From Azolla caroliniana (lineage: Eukaryota; Plantae; Polypodiophyta): a stretch of DNA of 64,000 nt. The stretch is from NCBI GenBank assembly GCA_043228905.1, contig JBHGNT010000022.1:12719930-12783929 (forward strand). The letters run 5' to 3'. How positions within the stretch are numbered: position 1 is the first letter of the stretch; each line of letters opens with the position of its first letter. The notes beneath the pieces are model-generated. The model saw nothing but the letters and a program-made list of their open reading frames with translations. It had not been told where the DNA came from and ran no database searches. Both the position numbers and the translations under genes were made by a program. This document shows positions 37,711 through 50,400 of the stretch, one piece after another.

Positions 37711-40700
37711 CATTGTTATTGGTATACACAAAAATTAAGATCGATAAAAGTTATCTCATGTGCATATATGGCACATAAATAACAACAAACTTAGAGATTT
37801 AACACTAAATGCACAACACACATGCATACAAACACAATAAACATATATACATTTATGCACCTTATTGTGCACACACATTCTCCCATACTATTACCATGTG
37901 AGCACACCTTGAAGTTGGAAAACTTAACACTTGTTCACCTACATGCACACACATTCTTTGGGGGGAAACTCTAGGTGCTCCCACGCATACGGAAAGGAGA
38001 AATAATCATGTGCATGCCGTTGTACCGACTTCAACAAACTCTAAAGACGTAACCTTCAACCCCGTCTTCCCTACTTCAAGACCTTGGTGGTCCCACCCCA
38101 TATTTCATCATTTTTGAAAAACACAAATGGGTTAATGTCCAATGTACTAGCATTTAAAGGAAAATACAAAGGACCACAAGCCATGTGGCAAGTGAAGAAT
38201 ACATTTAACTAATGCATAGGGTGGCACACAAGTTAGACTCAAATATGGTCACCAATACATACCTTTATCCAAAACCATGTTTCTCAGTTATGAACCACTT
38301 AGTAGATGAAAGAAAATATATGTCTAAAGGAAGTACGACCATTGATAATAGAGTTAGATTGCAAGGGAAGATTCAAAATTGGCTCTCAAAATGCACTAGT
38401 TTCTCTTGTAAAAAGAAGGTTTGACCACCCCTTGTATGCATCACAATCACAATATAATGTTGTTAAAGTCATACATTGGGAAAAATGCCCACTAGATTGG
38501 GCAAAATGTTGCATTAGTGGTACAATGCATCCATTCTACCAAGGATTCGAGATCGTAGTCCAACCCAAAGAAAACTACACTTACACTAAAAGAAATAGTG
38601 TAGAATAAGCAAATGAGCATGTTAGGACACTCGGTTCCCTAAAATTACAAAGATAACCCAAGGTAAAAAGTAAAAACATTTAGGTTTTGCTTATTCTCCC
38701 TTTTAGTTTCTTAGAAATTTTTTTGTTTTCATTAAAGGTTTACCACTATTTTGAACTCTTTTCTACAGTAGTCCAAACCTTCATTAGAGCATATCAACTT
38801 GTCACCACACCTCCTCACCACGAACAACAAATTCAATAGCTTAAGGAAATCATGGCAATACCTTTTCGTTGTCTTGATTTTGCACGTCTATTGACAAAGG
38901 TAGTCACAACGATGAAAGGAGTTCTTACGTCAAAGTGAGCTACTACCAATGATAGGAGTTGTTAGTGCCAAAACTAGCCCCAACAATGAAACAAGGCATT
39001 AGCAACAAAGAGACTCACACCAACGAAGCCAATACTAACTCCAAACAAAACCTTGTTAAAATTGTTATTAATCAGAGATTATTTGACTCACAATGTCATT
39101 GAATTGTTCGTAATTAGAGAGTGGACAATGGTGAACCTTGGAACCTATAAATTAATCTTTAACTATTGTAAAATGAATATTAGTGAATTTATCATTCAAA
39201 TATTCAAGTTAATAGCTTTACTCAAACATGTTTGTTTTCTAAGCCTATTTTAAAGGTAATGTCACGGGGATGTGAAAAACATCATTGTTACCTTTCGTAT
39301 CTCTTTTTTTCTTTGTTGAACATCGTTGTAATGATTTCAATATACTCTTATGGTTTTGTGTGCCTCGAATATGCCTTTTGAAAACTTAATTAGAGAGAAT
39401 ATTGTAGTTCTTTGATTTCTTTTTATTGTGGTTCGATATGGCAGAATGAGGTTTAATTGAGGAACCTCAATTGATTACCTTTAGTAGAGCAATGTTAAGG
39501 TTCCCATGTTGTTAGAAACATATCATTAGATTGCCTTAGAAAAGGATGAAGAGATGGGGTAATCTTTGAGAGTGAGCTTGAAACGTTGGTAAAGCCACAT
39601 TTTTTTTAAAGGTCAATAATAAGTATATGCTTAGAGTAATAAGAAAAAGGTAATATATCAATATTCTAGCAAAAGTTTAAGACATTTCCTTGATTTCACA
39701 CACATTCGAGAAATTTGGTAAAGTTCAGCAAAATTCAATTGATACTTAGTATACTCAAATAGCACATTGTACACACCCCAGGTTTATGATATTGGAATTG
39801 TCAACATGGGTTTTGTCAATCGTCTTATTAGGATTTAATTTCGTTAGATCGTTACTTAATTATATCCCAATGTTGTTAACTACGTTCCAATTGATATTAT
39901 ATGGTACTAAAATTACCAAATTCCCCATATATAAAATTATGAGAGTTATATGTAAGTAGTCTTTTTGACAAAATTCACTACAAACACAATCAAGTTTCTC
40001 TATAATTCATCTTCAGAAACTGTATGTTTTTTAGAAGCACTATATATCATTACTTATTGTTTGTTCATTAGTGGACTTCTCTCTCATATTATGTTTTTCG
40101 TGATTTATCAATCTCAATCATTTCATGTTGTCCTACTTATTGTTTATTCGTCACTCACTTCGTAATCCCTCATCATAGGATCATGAATTGTAATCTCATT
40201 GTCATTTCATCCTCCCAATAAATGAGGAGTATTCTTGGTGGCCCAATGAATGTTATAATTCCAGTTGTCGTGATAGAAGGTTTGTGGTGTGAGCATTATA
40301 GAATAAACCAAGTCGATTCATATGATTAAGATGTAGCTAATAATGAACGTGCCCCATTGTCATTCACATATTGCCATTCTTCACAAATTTATAGAAAAAC
40401 ATTTTCATAATCATGTCACTCGAAAATCATTTTCATATAACCGTCAAAGTTATGTGAGAATTACTAGAGTCTCATTAAATGCCTCCAATTTGTCACTTCC
40501 GTACAACCATGTTCTCATTGAATTTATAATGGTCCTCACTCCTTTGATAGTGATTACTATATTTCAACAAAATTATTGCTTTTGTCCAAAGCGAATGTTA
40601 TTAAAACAACTTTTCTTCTTGGAAACTCTATTGAGTTCTTTCTCCTTTTAGCTTGAGTGTTTTGCCCATCAATAACATCTTCCCTTGATGTGACAATTGC

Positions 40701-41013
40701 CCACGTTTCTCATACAATGTTTTTTTTAAAAAAATTCTAGGGAATTATTTTGCTTGACTCAACTATTTTTAGAGGATCCACTCAAGTGTGCCAAGATATT
40801 CCAAATAGCCATAGGGATCATGTAAATATTCCTCAAATTGGGCACAATGATAATTGTTCTATAATATCCATCATTTGTGTTATTTTAATGTATTGTCTTT
40901 GTCCACCAATCTCTGTGGCCTAAATTGTCCTCTCTCACATAAAGGTGAAATTGGGCATATGTGATGTAAATTTTCATCAGTCACATAAAAGGGGGAGTTG
41001 AGGTTCTTTCATG

Positions 41014-41016
<3 letters not shown>

Positions 41017-41088
<72 letters not shown>
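41017..41088. repeat. (CT)n microsatellite, about 36 units
   Basis: Directly visible; abuts the 3' end of the L1 relic. Confidence 0.97.
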
Positions 41089-41089
<1 letters not shown>

Positions 41090-41092
<3 letters not shown>

Positions 41093-42860
41093 AATAATGG
41101 CTTTCATTACAAAAGAAAAAACACCACCATGACTAACTTACTACAAAGTATAGAACCGTTCTATCTATCTAGGGATCTAAAGACTACTACGACTCAAAAC
41201 TCAATGCCACCCTACACACCAATTCAAATGGCCAATATGATGATATGTGACCTTGTAGAGTTCTCTCTCTTCATGCTTGAGATTTCGTGACTTCTCTAGC
41301 ACTGTCAATTGCCACAGAAGAAGTTCTTTTAACTTTAGAACATATTTTCTCACCCCAACTTGCGAATCAAATTTGAAGGCATTCTACATATTCCAATTGA
41401 ATCATAGCCCCCAATACCTCAAGAACTCAAAAATAATTTGGAAACGAGACATCGGTTCATTGTTCTCCATATGTGCAAAAACCCAACTAAAGGAAGATAT
41501 GCTTACTCCTGTTAGAGACAACCACACTAAACTGATACACCTCCAAACCATCATTGCCATCAGGCATGAAAGAAATCGATGCCTACTATGTTCCAATTCC
41601 ACCAAACAAAAGAAACATGATCCTTTAGTAATGTTTCTTTTTTCTAATGCATCCCCCAATGGTAAAGCTCAAACCATAACTCTCCAAATAAATACCTTAG
41701 CTCATAGCATCAATCGAGAACACTAACTTGCCTTGATAACATGAAACCACCAAGTAATGGGCTTACGAAAACCCCATATCTTTATAACTCTTTCTTCCAA
41801 CCACTTATGTTTGTCAATCAACTTGTGATAAGCAACACTTGTTGAAATCATAGTCAATCTCTTATTTCCAACAAACCTCCAATCAATCTCTTGAGATCCC
41901 CCATCTAAATTAGGAATTGGCTCATACAAAGAAAATATTTCTTGCAACTTATCCCATAATAAAGGTATAACCTTTTGGAATACGAAATGTTGATATTGCA
42001 GTTCAAACGGCCATTAATCTTCTTTGTGACACCAACATAGCATCCTTGACTGTTATCAAACCCAATCTTGCCATCCGATTAAATTGAAGGTTAAGAATTT
42101 GTTTACCTTCCCACCTCAACAACCTTAATGTCACCAAAACCTCCATTTGTAATGAATTAACGCATTCCCTTTCTTGTGGAGGATGCCATTCCACAAAATC
42201 CAACATACTTTGCCAAGATGTCAACAAATGATTAACTATAAGAGACCTTGCACATTTGACATCCCTTTCAGAATTAATGACAATCCACCAATTAGCTTCA
42301 ACCTTCATGTTTCCAAGCTTAATTCTGTTCTTCTCCATAAAGTATGCCACCATTTCTATCCAAGGTTGTACACCTTCAAACATAAATGGAATGAAAGTAA
42401 ATCGGCAAGCCACCGTATGCTCATATAGATTCAATATTGATGCCCCACCAAGACGCTTCAGAGTATAAACATGATCCCATGTCAACCACAACAATGCACT
42501 TTTCCCTTTTCTTTTCCATAACAACGTTCGCATGGTAACACCATTTCAAGAGCTTTCTTTGACCATGGTAACAAAGGAAGATAATAAGACACCATAGAGA
42601 CCATAAATCGATTGGACCACCTTAAGTCGTACATGAAAAAGCCAAATTTGAGACCTCCAATACATAAAGTTATCCTCCAGCCTTTTGGATACCCATTCAA
42701 TAACTTTCACATGAGAAACTTCCACCCCAATTGGATATCCAAGGTGACGACAAATCATACCACGATGTGCTATCCTTCCTAACCACCCCAACCCTAGCAC
42801 ATCTTGTTCTGCACATGAAATGAGGATAGATTTATGAAATTCTCAACCCGGATGCATTTG
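41090..42860 (-). mobile_element. 5'-truncated L1-clade LINE relic
   Basis: CRHLGYPIG, W..KRLGGASILNL, LPLGDAL..CFFC..EHSRHRFLSC (zf-RVT); many stops and frameshifts. Confidence 0.85.
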
Positions 42861-43087
42861 AAAACAATTCCCACACATATCTTGTCTTAATAATATTTTC
42901 CTAATTAGGTGCCAAAAACATAATATGTTTTCTCTCTCTCTCTCTCTCTCTCTCTCCGTATAAGGGTGGAGTTGTGTACCATGAGTTAAATGCGATTGAG
43001 GTGTTATGACTTAATTTAGGAATATGAAGCAAATTAAGTCTAGAGATAAGTCATCGACATTTGGATAACATTATTTCCATGTGTAGT

Positions 43088-43372
43088 ATGGTACGTACAA
43101 AGATTGTGTCCAAACATGACTCTTAAGATTTGATCTATGGTAAGGAGCAGTTTAAATTGCCACAAAACTAGAAGACAAAAAAAGAATTGATGTGGTCTCG
43201 TTTTGTGAACACCACTTGGACACAATCTTTGTACATAGCAATGGTATGTGCAAAGATTGTGTCCAAACACAACTCTTAGGATTTGATCTATGATAAGGAG
43301 CAGTTTAGATTGCCACAAAACTAGAAGACAAAAAAAGAATCCATGTGTTCTCATTTTGTGAACACCAGTTGG
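43088..43372. repeat. ~153-bp tandem duplication of a MITE-like unit with terminal inverted repeats
   Basis: Copies start ATGGTA.GT.CAAAGATTGTGTCCAAAC at 43088 and 43241. Copy 1 ends TTGGACACAATCTTTGTACA, the reverse complement of its start. Confidence 0.8.
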
Positions 43373-44844
43373 CTAGTAGAAAATAATTGGATATTGAATG
43401 GGCATGCTTGGGTTGTTTCATTGTTTGTTCATTCAATTATTATTTTTACTGTACTAAGATCGATGAGAACCATCACATCAACATGGATTTTCTTTGAATT
43501 GTCGATTTGAACCACACTTATTGTAAAGCTTTAAAATGGAATATATTTTGAAACCACTACAATACGGATATGATTGGATAAATGCTCAAGTTTTCTTAAG
43601 CTTGACCTATATGAACGACCGAAAACCATGAAATCAAAATAGATTTCATCTAGATGGTCGACATGAACCATGGACAATGTTCTTGCCTAGAAATGAAATA
43701 TAATCAAAACCTTTGACGCATGGCTAGTTCCTTTAGTAATGTTGATGGAAATGACAATGAAAGGCAAAGGTGGGTCAATCGAAGCACAATTCAAGAAAGA
43801 TGGCCTTGAAAAATGGGAAAACGCAGTTAGGACGTGTACTAAGAGTGCATGGAAGAAAATATGACTCTCACTAGCTTTCTACATAAATAATGCACATATC
43901 ACCTTATATATTATATTCATAAGGCTATCTATTTTGCTAATTCATGGTTCAATTGACAATCAAGTGACCACAATTAACGATAATAACTATGACTAGGTAG
44001 GAGTTGATAACATTTAAGACAAAAATATTCAATCATATCATGGAATCGCATCACATCGTGCTCTCAGTCTAGGGTCATTGGTGTGAACGATAGTGGTCAA
44101 TGTGCATGTTGTGCTTACTTCACATTTTCATCACCAAACATGATAATAGTCATAACTACAAATAGAGGTTATTTCACCTGATTAGTGAGCTGCCAAAGGC
44201 GAGCCATGGGAGCACATTTTGCACATTTCTCACGTTAATATCGTCGCCTAATACGAAGCTTAAGAGGGCAAAGAGAATCATCCCCAGATGTTTATACCAA
44301 GCATTGTTTTTTTTTTTGGGCCTACATGAGGAGTTGCACACATGAGAAGTTGATCGATAGAGGTAGAAGGTTGTGTGCGACAATTCTCTTTTTTTTTTTT
44401 CACACTTACCACTGCTAGATAAGACGATGGTTTTCTTTTGCTTGGCAGGAACACGTGCATTGTTTTCATGTGTGTTCTCAGTGTGTGAAATGGTTCCCGA
44501 GAGAGGAAACGTGGGCATTGATTGCAACAAATTCAAAAGTGTGGATGTCCTGAAGAATCATGCGTGTTTTAGAAGAATCTATAGCATGGGCACGAGGCAG
44601 AGGCCAAGGCCGGCGGTCACGTTAGCATTGGTTCCTTCGAGAGAGACTACGATCCCATCCACGTCTTTTTCGAGCAAAAAGACAAATTGAGGCACACAAA
44701 AGTTAAAACATTAGGAATCCATGGTGATCTGAAAAGAGTCAGAACAAAAAAGAAAAGAAAAAACAAATACATTGAAAGTTGAAGCTTCTTTTTTAACTTT
44801 TGAGTAAAAGTTTAGTGTTTTCTTTTTTATTGTTTTATTATTAT

Positions 44845-45245
44845 TGGGGATCATGGGATGGATCATATGATGCATGATGATGCATGATGCTAAAACATGA
44901 TGCCTACATGATGCATGATGTGAATGTGGGGGCAGATCATGGGGGGGTGGGGGTGAACATATGATGCATGATGATATATATGAGGTATGATTATGCATGA
45001 TGGGTGACTGAATGATTGCGGTATGTATGGTGATGGGTGATGGGTGATGCATGATGCGTGAAGGTGGATGATGATGGGTGATGCATGATGCATGATGTAT
45101 GAATGTGGATGATGATGGGTAATGCATGATGCATTAATGTGGATGATGATGGGTAATGCGTAATGCATGATGCATGAATGTGGATGATGATGGGTGATGC
45201 ATAATGCATGATGCATGATGGATGGATGTAATGGGTGATGAAGGT
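44845..45245. repeat. ATG/ATGC-based minisatellite (GATGCATGATGCATG..GTGGATGATGATGGGT units)
   Basis: Directly visible; it generates the spurious His-rich minus-strand ORFs. Confidence 0.9.
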
Positions 45246-45338
45246 GCCATGGCATCTTCTCTCTGTCTTTAGGTGGGGTCTTGTTAATGGAGAGAGTCAA
45301 CTCTGTCTCTGTCTCCACATTCCTTCCTTTTCATGAGT

Positions 45339-45524
45339 CTATTTAAAGACCTCTGTATTGTTTATCTAATGTTTCTTCTTCTTCTTCTTCTTCTTCTTTT
45401 TGTTTTCTTTTATGATTATTCTCTCTCTGTCTCTCTCTCTGTGTATCATCTTCAAAAAAAGCACCCTTTTCCTGCTTCCTCCTTCTACACTCAAAGACAA
45501 TCTTCGCATCCTCATTGTCAACAG
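45339..45524 (+). promoter_or_regulatory. Putative core promoter and first non-coding exon of the kinase gene
   Basis: CTATTTAAA TATA-like box at ~45339, then (CTT)n and CT-rich leader, donor CAG|GTACTT at 45524/45525. Matching acceptor TTCTATCAG| at 47400, 34 nt before the ATG. Inferred without transcript data. Confidence 0.5.
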
Positions 45525-47434
45525 GTACTTGTTTTTCTCTGTCTCTCTACTGAAAATGGGGAGACCATAGAGCTTCCCTTGTTTATTACAAATTGTCTCC
45601 TCATGTTGCTGTTACTTGATATATATATATATATAATGCAATTCCTGTTTTTCTCAGAAAAAGAAAAAGAAAAAGAAACAAAATGAGAGCTTGTTAAGAT
45701 TACCATGACCATATGTGTGTGGAATAGCGTTTTTTCAGCTGCTATGAAAATTTTAAGGATGGATGTATTTGAAATGTTTTCTTCTTTTCTTCTTCTCCTC
45801 ACTCCTCTGTTCATTATATGATTGATGATGATACATTGGCTGATATTATCTCCAATTTCTATGATTTGAGGAATTTGGGTTCTCAAAAAGGTCTCCAGCT
45901 TTCTTCACTAGGATTGAAAATCTTCTCTAGGTCTTCTTCAGGTTTGAAGTAGTAGTTCTCTTCTTCTTTCCTTCTTATGCTTTGTTGATTTGGGTATTCC
46001 AACTTTTTTGGTTTTTCAAAAGTCTCAAGGTCTGAAGGATTTATATCTCTACTTGGAAAAATGAGAAAGGAAGTATCTATGGGCAAATAAAAAGTGAATT
46101 GGGAGGAATAACAGGGCTCTCCATTAGACCATTTTATTAATGAATTCCCTAAATAAGACCTAACCTTTACTATGCTATCTTTCTAAGGGAGAAATGCAAG
46201 CAAATAAATGCCTAGAAAGAAAGAGCTATTTTACAATTTTTTCCTTGATGACTGTTGTTTAGCTCGTATGGTTATCCTCCAGAGACTAGAAGGACATGGA
46301 TTTAACACCTACATTCTGCAATGATATCTAGTAAAATCATGCATAAGGTGACATTTGAATCCGAGGTCCATGGGTTCTAGTAAAAACTCAGCTTTAAGGT
46401 ACAACCCTAATAATGATAATAGCCTGTGAGACCAATACGGAGATTGTCCTTCAGTCCTAGCTTCCAAAGGGTACACATTGACTTTATAGCGTCTGGGATT
46501 TGCTAGGGGCCGCTTTAGGTAGTATACATGCAAGCTCACTCTTGCAGGAGTTGATGTTCACAGCATTCACATTTAGCCCTAGGTTCACACTGACTTCTAA
46601 TAGTATCTCGGCCTTGCCACACAAGGTATTATGCAGGTGAATTTTGCAGGATGAAATGGTCTTATGATTGTCTGGGCATATGAATAATTGGGGAAGAAAG
46701 AACCCATCTCAAATCTAACAATTTCATCCAATATCAATGGCTTGTGATGAACTGTCTGAAATATGACGATAAACAATATCTTGGGAAAATTGGCTAAAAT
46801 TTGGATCCCTGTCCGTAACTTGTACCTTTTTGAGATTCTTCAACAATGTTGACCAGATGCATAAACTATTGGATAATCTGCGATAAGTGTGAACTCACAC
46901 AATTGGCGTCAGACATAGTCTCCTTTATGTGATAAATGTCTTTGTTAAAAAAATACGATTTTAACTGCATATGACTTTCTTATCATAGACCGGTCTTGTT
47001 GTATAATGATATAAAATGATTTGGCACAAGGTTTTCTCTTAAGTATGGATATTGTTTTGAACTATGAATCTCTTTTCATTGTATTATTCCTCAGTCAAGG
47101 TCAATGCCCCATGGTTGTTTATGGCTATCCATTAATGTTATTTGGTCAAGAGGCAATAAACAAAATAAACTCATGATAATTCCCTATAAACTATCTGCTA
47201 AGCAAAGCATCTCAAAAGTAGCTGATAACTCATTAGAAAGGGCAATGTAAGAAATTCTTCTGTTGTGATACAGCCTTCATTGTTCATGGTAGTACTAGCT
47301 ATTAGGTAATGTAAAGCTTTGAATTCTGAAGTTCACGGACCATTTAACCTATATTCAGTTAATATCAAATTGCTAACATGATTTTTTATATTTCTATCAG
47401 GACATGTGAAGATGAGTTTTGATGTCTTGGAAGG

Positions 47435-50400
47435 ATGAATATACTCTCTATTGGTATTATCATAGGAGTTGTTGTAGGAATTGCCATTGGCATAGCAGTT
47501 GCTATTTGCTTATCTTTATGGATACACATTCAAAGCAAAGAGAATAACATTCAAAACACGAGTAATGAACAAAGAGGCATGACTCTACCCATTCGAGTAA
47601 ATGCTGTGGATGCAAGTTCTGCCTTATCTGATGACATTACTGAATATGATTCACCCCCGATGGGAAATGATCAAGGAATATTCTCATCATGGTTTGGAGG
47701 AAATGAGAAAAATTCAATTCTCACACATTCTGGACTACCAAATTATCCATACAGGTGTTTTTTTGTTATGCGATTGTTGCTTATGCTGAAAAATCCTCTG
47801 AAATACCTCCCAAGTTTCTGTTTATTTCCCCAAATGCCTTGAAGTTATCGTTATTTCCTCAAAGGTCCTTGTTGAATACTTCTTGAGCAATTATACAGTA
47901 AACTTCATCCCCGTTTTCTCAATTTTGTGTGCTATTTGAGCCGTTATTTGGTTGATTTTCTTTCTTTTGGGACTAATGAAAAATTATGGGCATTTGGGGA
48001 AATGAAGAACAGCTCAGGGTATTTCAGAGTCTTTCCCATATTACTTTTTTCTAATGCCATATTTACACCTATGGATGTGGGTGTTTGCATGTACATGCAT
48101 TAGACAATAAGCATGAAGTGCTTGTTTTCATGTTTCTTGATTTTCACACATGTATTTAGGATATGTATCCTCATAATTGGTTATTAATGGAATAATGGCG
48201 TGAGAAGATAACAGGTCTTTACAATTGGTTGTTAATGGAATAATGATGTGGGAAGATAACACCCATTTGTGGTGAATCACCTTTAGAAACTAAGCTAGAT
48301 GATATATTTTCTTGCAGGTATAATTTCATGTATACTTCAGATGTATGTGTGTATATATATATATACACACACAGAATTTTGTGTGGATGTTTTTTGTTTG
48401 GAGAAAGTTAAGATGCATGAAGAAAGTGGCTCATCTCTAAATTCCACATGACACTTTAATTCCTTAATGGTCAACATTGTTGTCAGAAAACTTGTCATTG
48501 AATGATCATGTTTTTCAAGGTGAAGATGATTCTTGAATCATTTAAGAGTGTGTGCTTCACATGCTTTTGTTTATGTTTTCTTTTTTCTTTTTTATAAAAA
48601 AATCAAGTTTTAAGAGATAATCCTTGATTTTACTAAAGAACTTTGCGAACACATCTTGTGATTTTTGTCATGAGCAATATTATGTTTTAGTCTACTTGCA
48701 TTGATATTCAGACTTGTGATGGCATTTCCAATATTTGAAGGAGCTTTGAAGGAGTTTTAGTAAAATTATAGACCATTTTTATGCAAGATCTTTTACAGGG
48801 ATATACAGAAGGCAACCAACAACTTCACAAGTAAAATAGGTGAAGGTGCTTTTGGACCTGTTTATAAAGCAATAATGCCACAAGGAGGCACTTTTGCGGT
48901 CAAGGTGCACTCTTCACATTCCAAGCAAGGGGAAAAAGAGTTTTTGGCAGAGGTAAGAAAAGGAAAGAAAAGGAAAGAAAGATATATTAAGGCCTCTAAA
49001 AGACCATAATGGTATATTAAACCTTACGAAACATTACAACTGGTTATGTTCCATTTTACATAGTTCCGAGATGGTGGAGGAAAGACAACTTCAAAATTAA
49101 ATTATATATATATGTTCGTAGAGTTTTCATGCGAGTATGCCTGTATCATTCCCGCTTGTCCACTAGTGTCTTCTGCTTTAATTGGATTATTTTCGTTCGT
49201 TTTCCCTAAGTCTACAAACGGTATTCCTTGTTTATGCTTTTAGTTTATCTTGCTAAGGCATGTAATGAAATTTGTGAAAAACTGTAGTTTTAAATTCGGA
49301 TTAAGAGAGTTGGAAGAAAACATGCATCATCTATGTGGTATTTTATGAAATTACAATTATTTTCAATGCAAAATCTGTATTTATGTATGTATTTTTTTGT
49401 ATCTAGCATTTATTTATTTCTTACAAGATTGATATTTCAATAGGTGGCATTGTTAGGAAGATTGCACCATAGGAACTTGGTGAACCTTGTGGGATATTGT
49501 GCGGAGAAAGGCAACAGTATGTTAGTTTATGAGTATATGAGCAATGGAAGCTTGGCATCATTGTTATATGGTAATTGGAACGTATGCTTTTTGTATGGTG
49601 TTTTGAAGGTTCTGAAAAAAATTCCTAAATACAACACATCATCCTTATCTATCTATCTATCTATCTATTTATCTATCTGTATATGGACAAACATGAATCA
49701 TATACCATGATATCCGGGTTGCATAGGTGATGACCAGGAATCATTGACTTGGGATATGAGGATTGCAATATCTCAAGATATTGCAAATGGAATTGAGTAT
49801 CTTCATGAAGGGGTATGAGAATAGTTCTTTAAAAGGCCAAATGCCTATTACATTGTTTGCTTATTTCAACATTTGAAGTGTCATCATACTTTGAATTAAG
49901 TTACTCTGGATTTGTTTTTTATCCACTCTTATTGATCATACTTTTATGCAATAATTCAGGCAATACCACCTATCATCCATCGGGACATAAAATGCGCTAA
50001 TATCTTGCTGGATGGATCCATGAAGGCCCGGGTAAGTATTATATTCAAGGGTTTTCTACCAGTGGAGAATAAAAAATATGATGGTTAATGCGGTTAGTTG
50101 TTTTTCATGAAATGTCACTTAAATGTGATCTTTAGAGAAAAGACAATGCTAAGAAAAAAAGGTGCATTAGAAGCATAAGCGAGAGCAGGATAAATTTCCA
50201 TATGCATATTGGGTACTTGAATTCCATCAATATCAGAGCCCTGTTGTTGACGGATATCATATATGTGTGCATAACCAAGGACAAGGTATCATCGTCTCGG
50301 TGACCAGTCTCACAAAACTTCTAGATATTAATAGCTTCCCTTCAAAAAATGTGATACACTATGTCCCTACCAAGATATCGTGGATGGCTTTAGTGTTTGG

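Noticed and set aside
44711-45318. His-rich ORFs as metal-binding proteins
   Set aside because: They are translations of the ATG/CAT minisatellite, open in several frames.
45883-46086. Charged 67-aa minus-strand ORF
   Set aside because: Non-ATG start, antisense of pyrimidine-rich leader intron, no domain.
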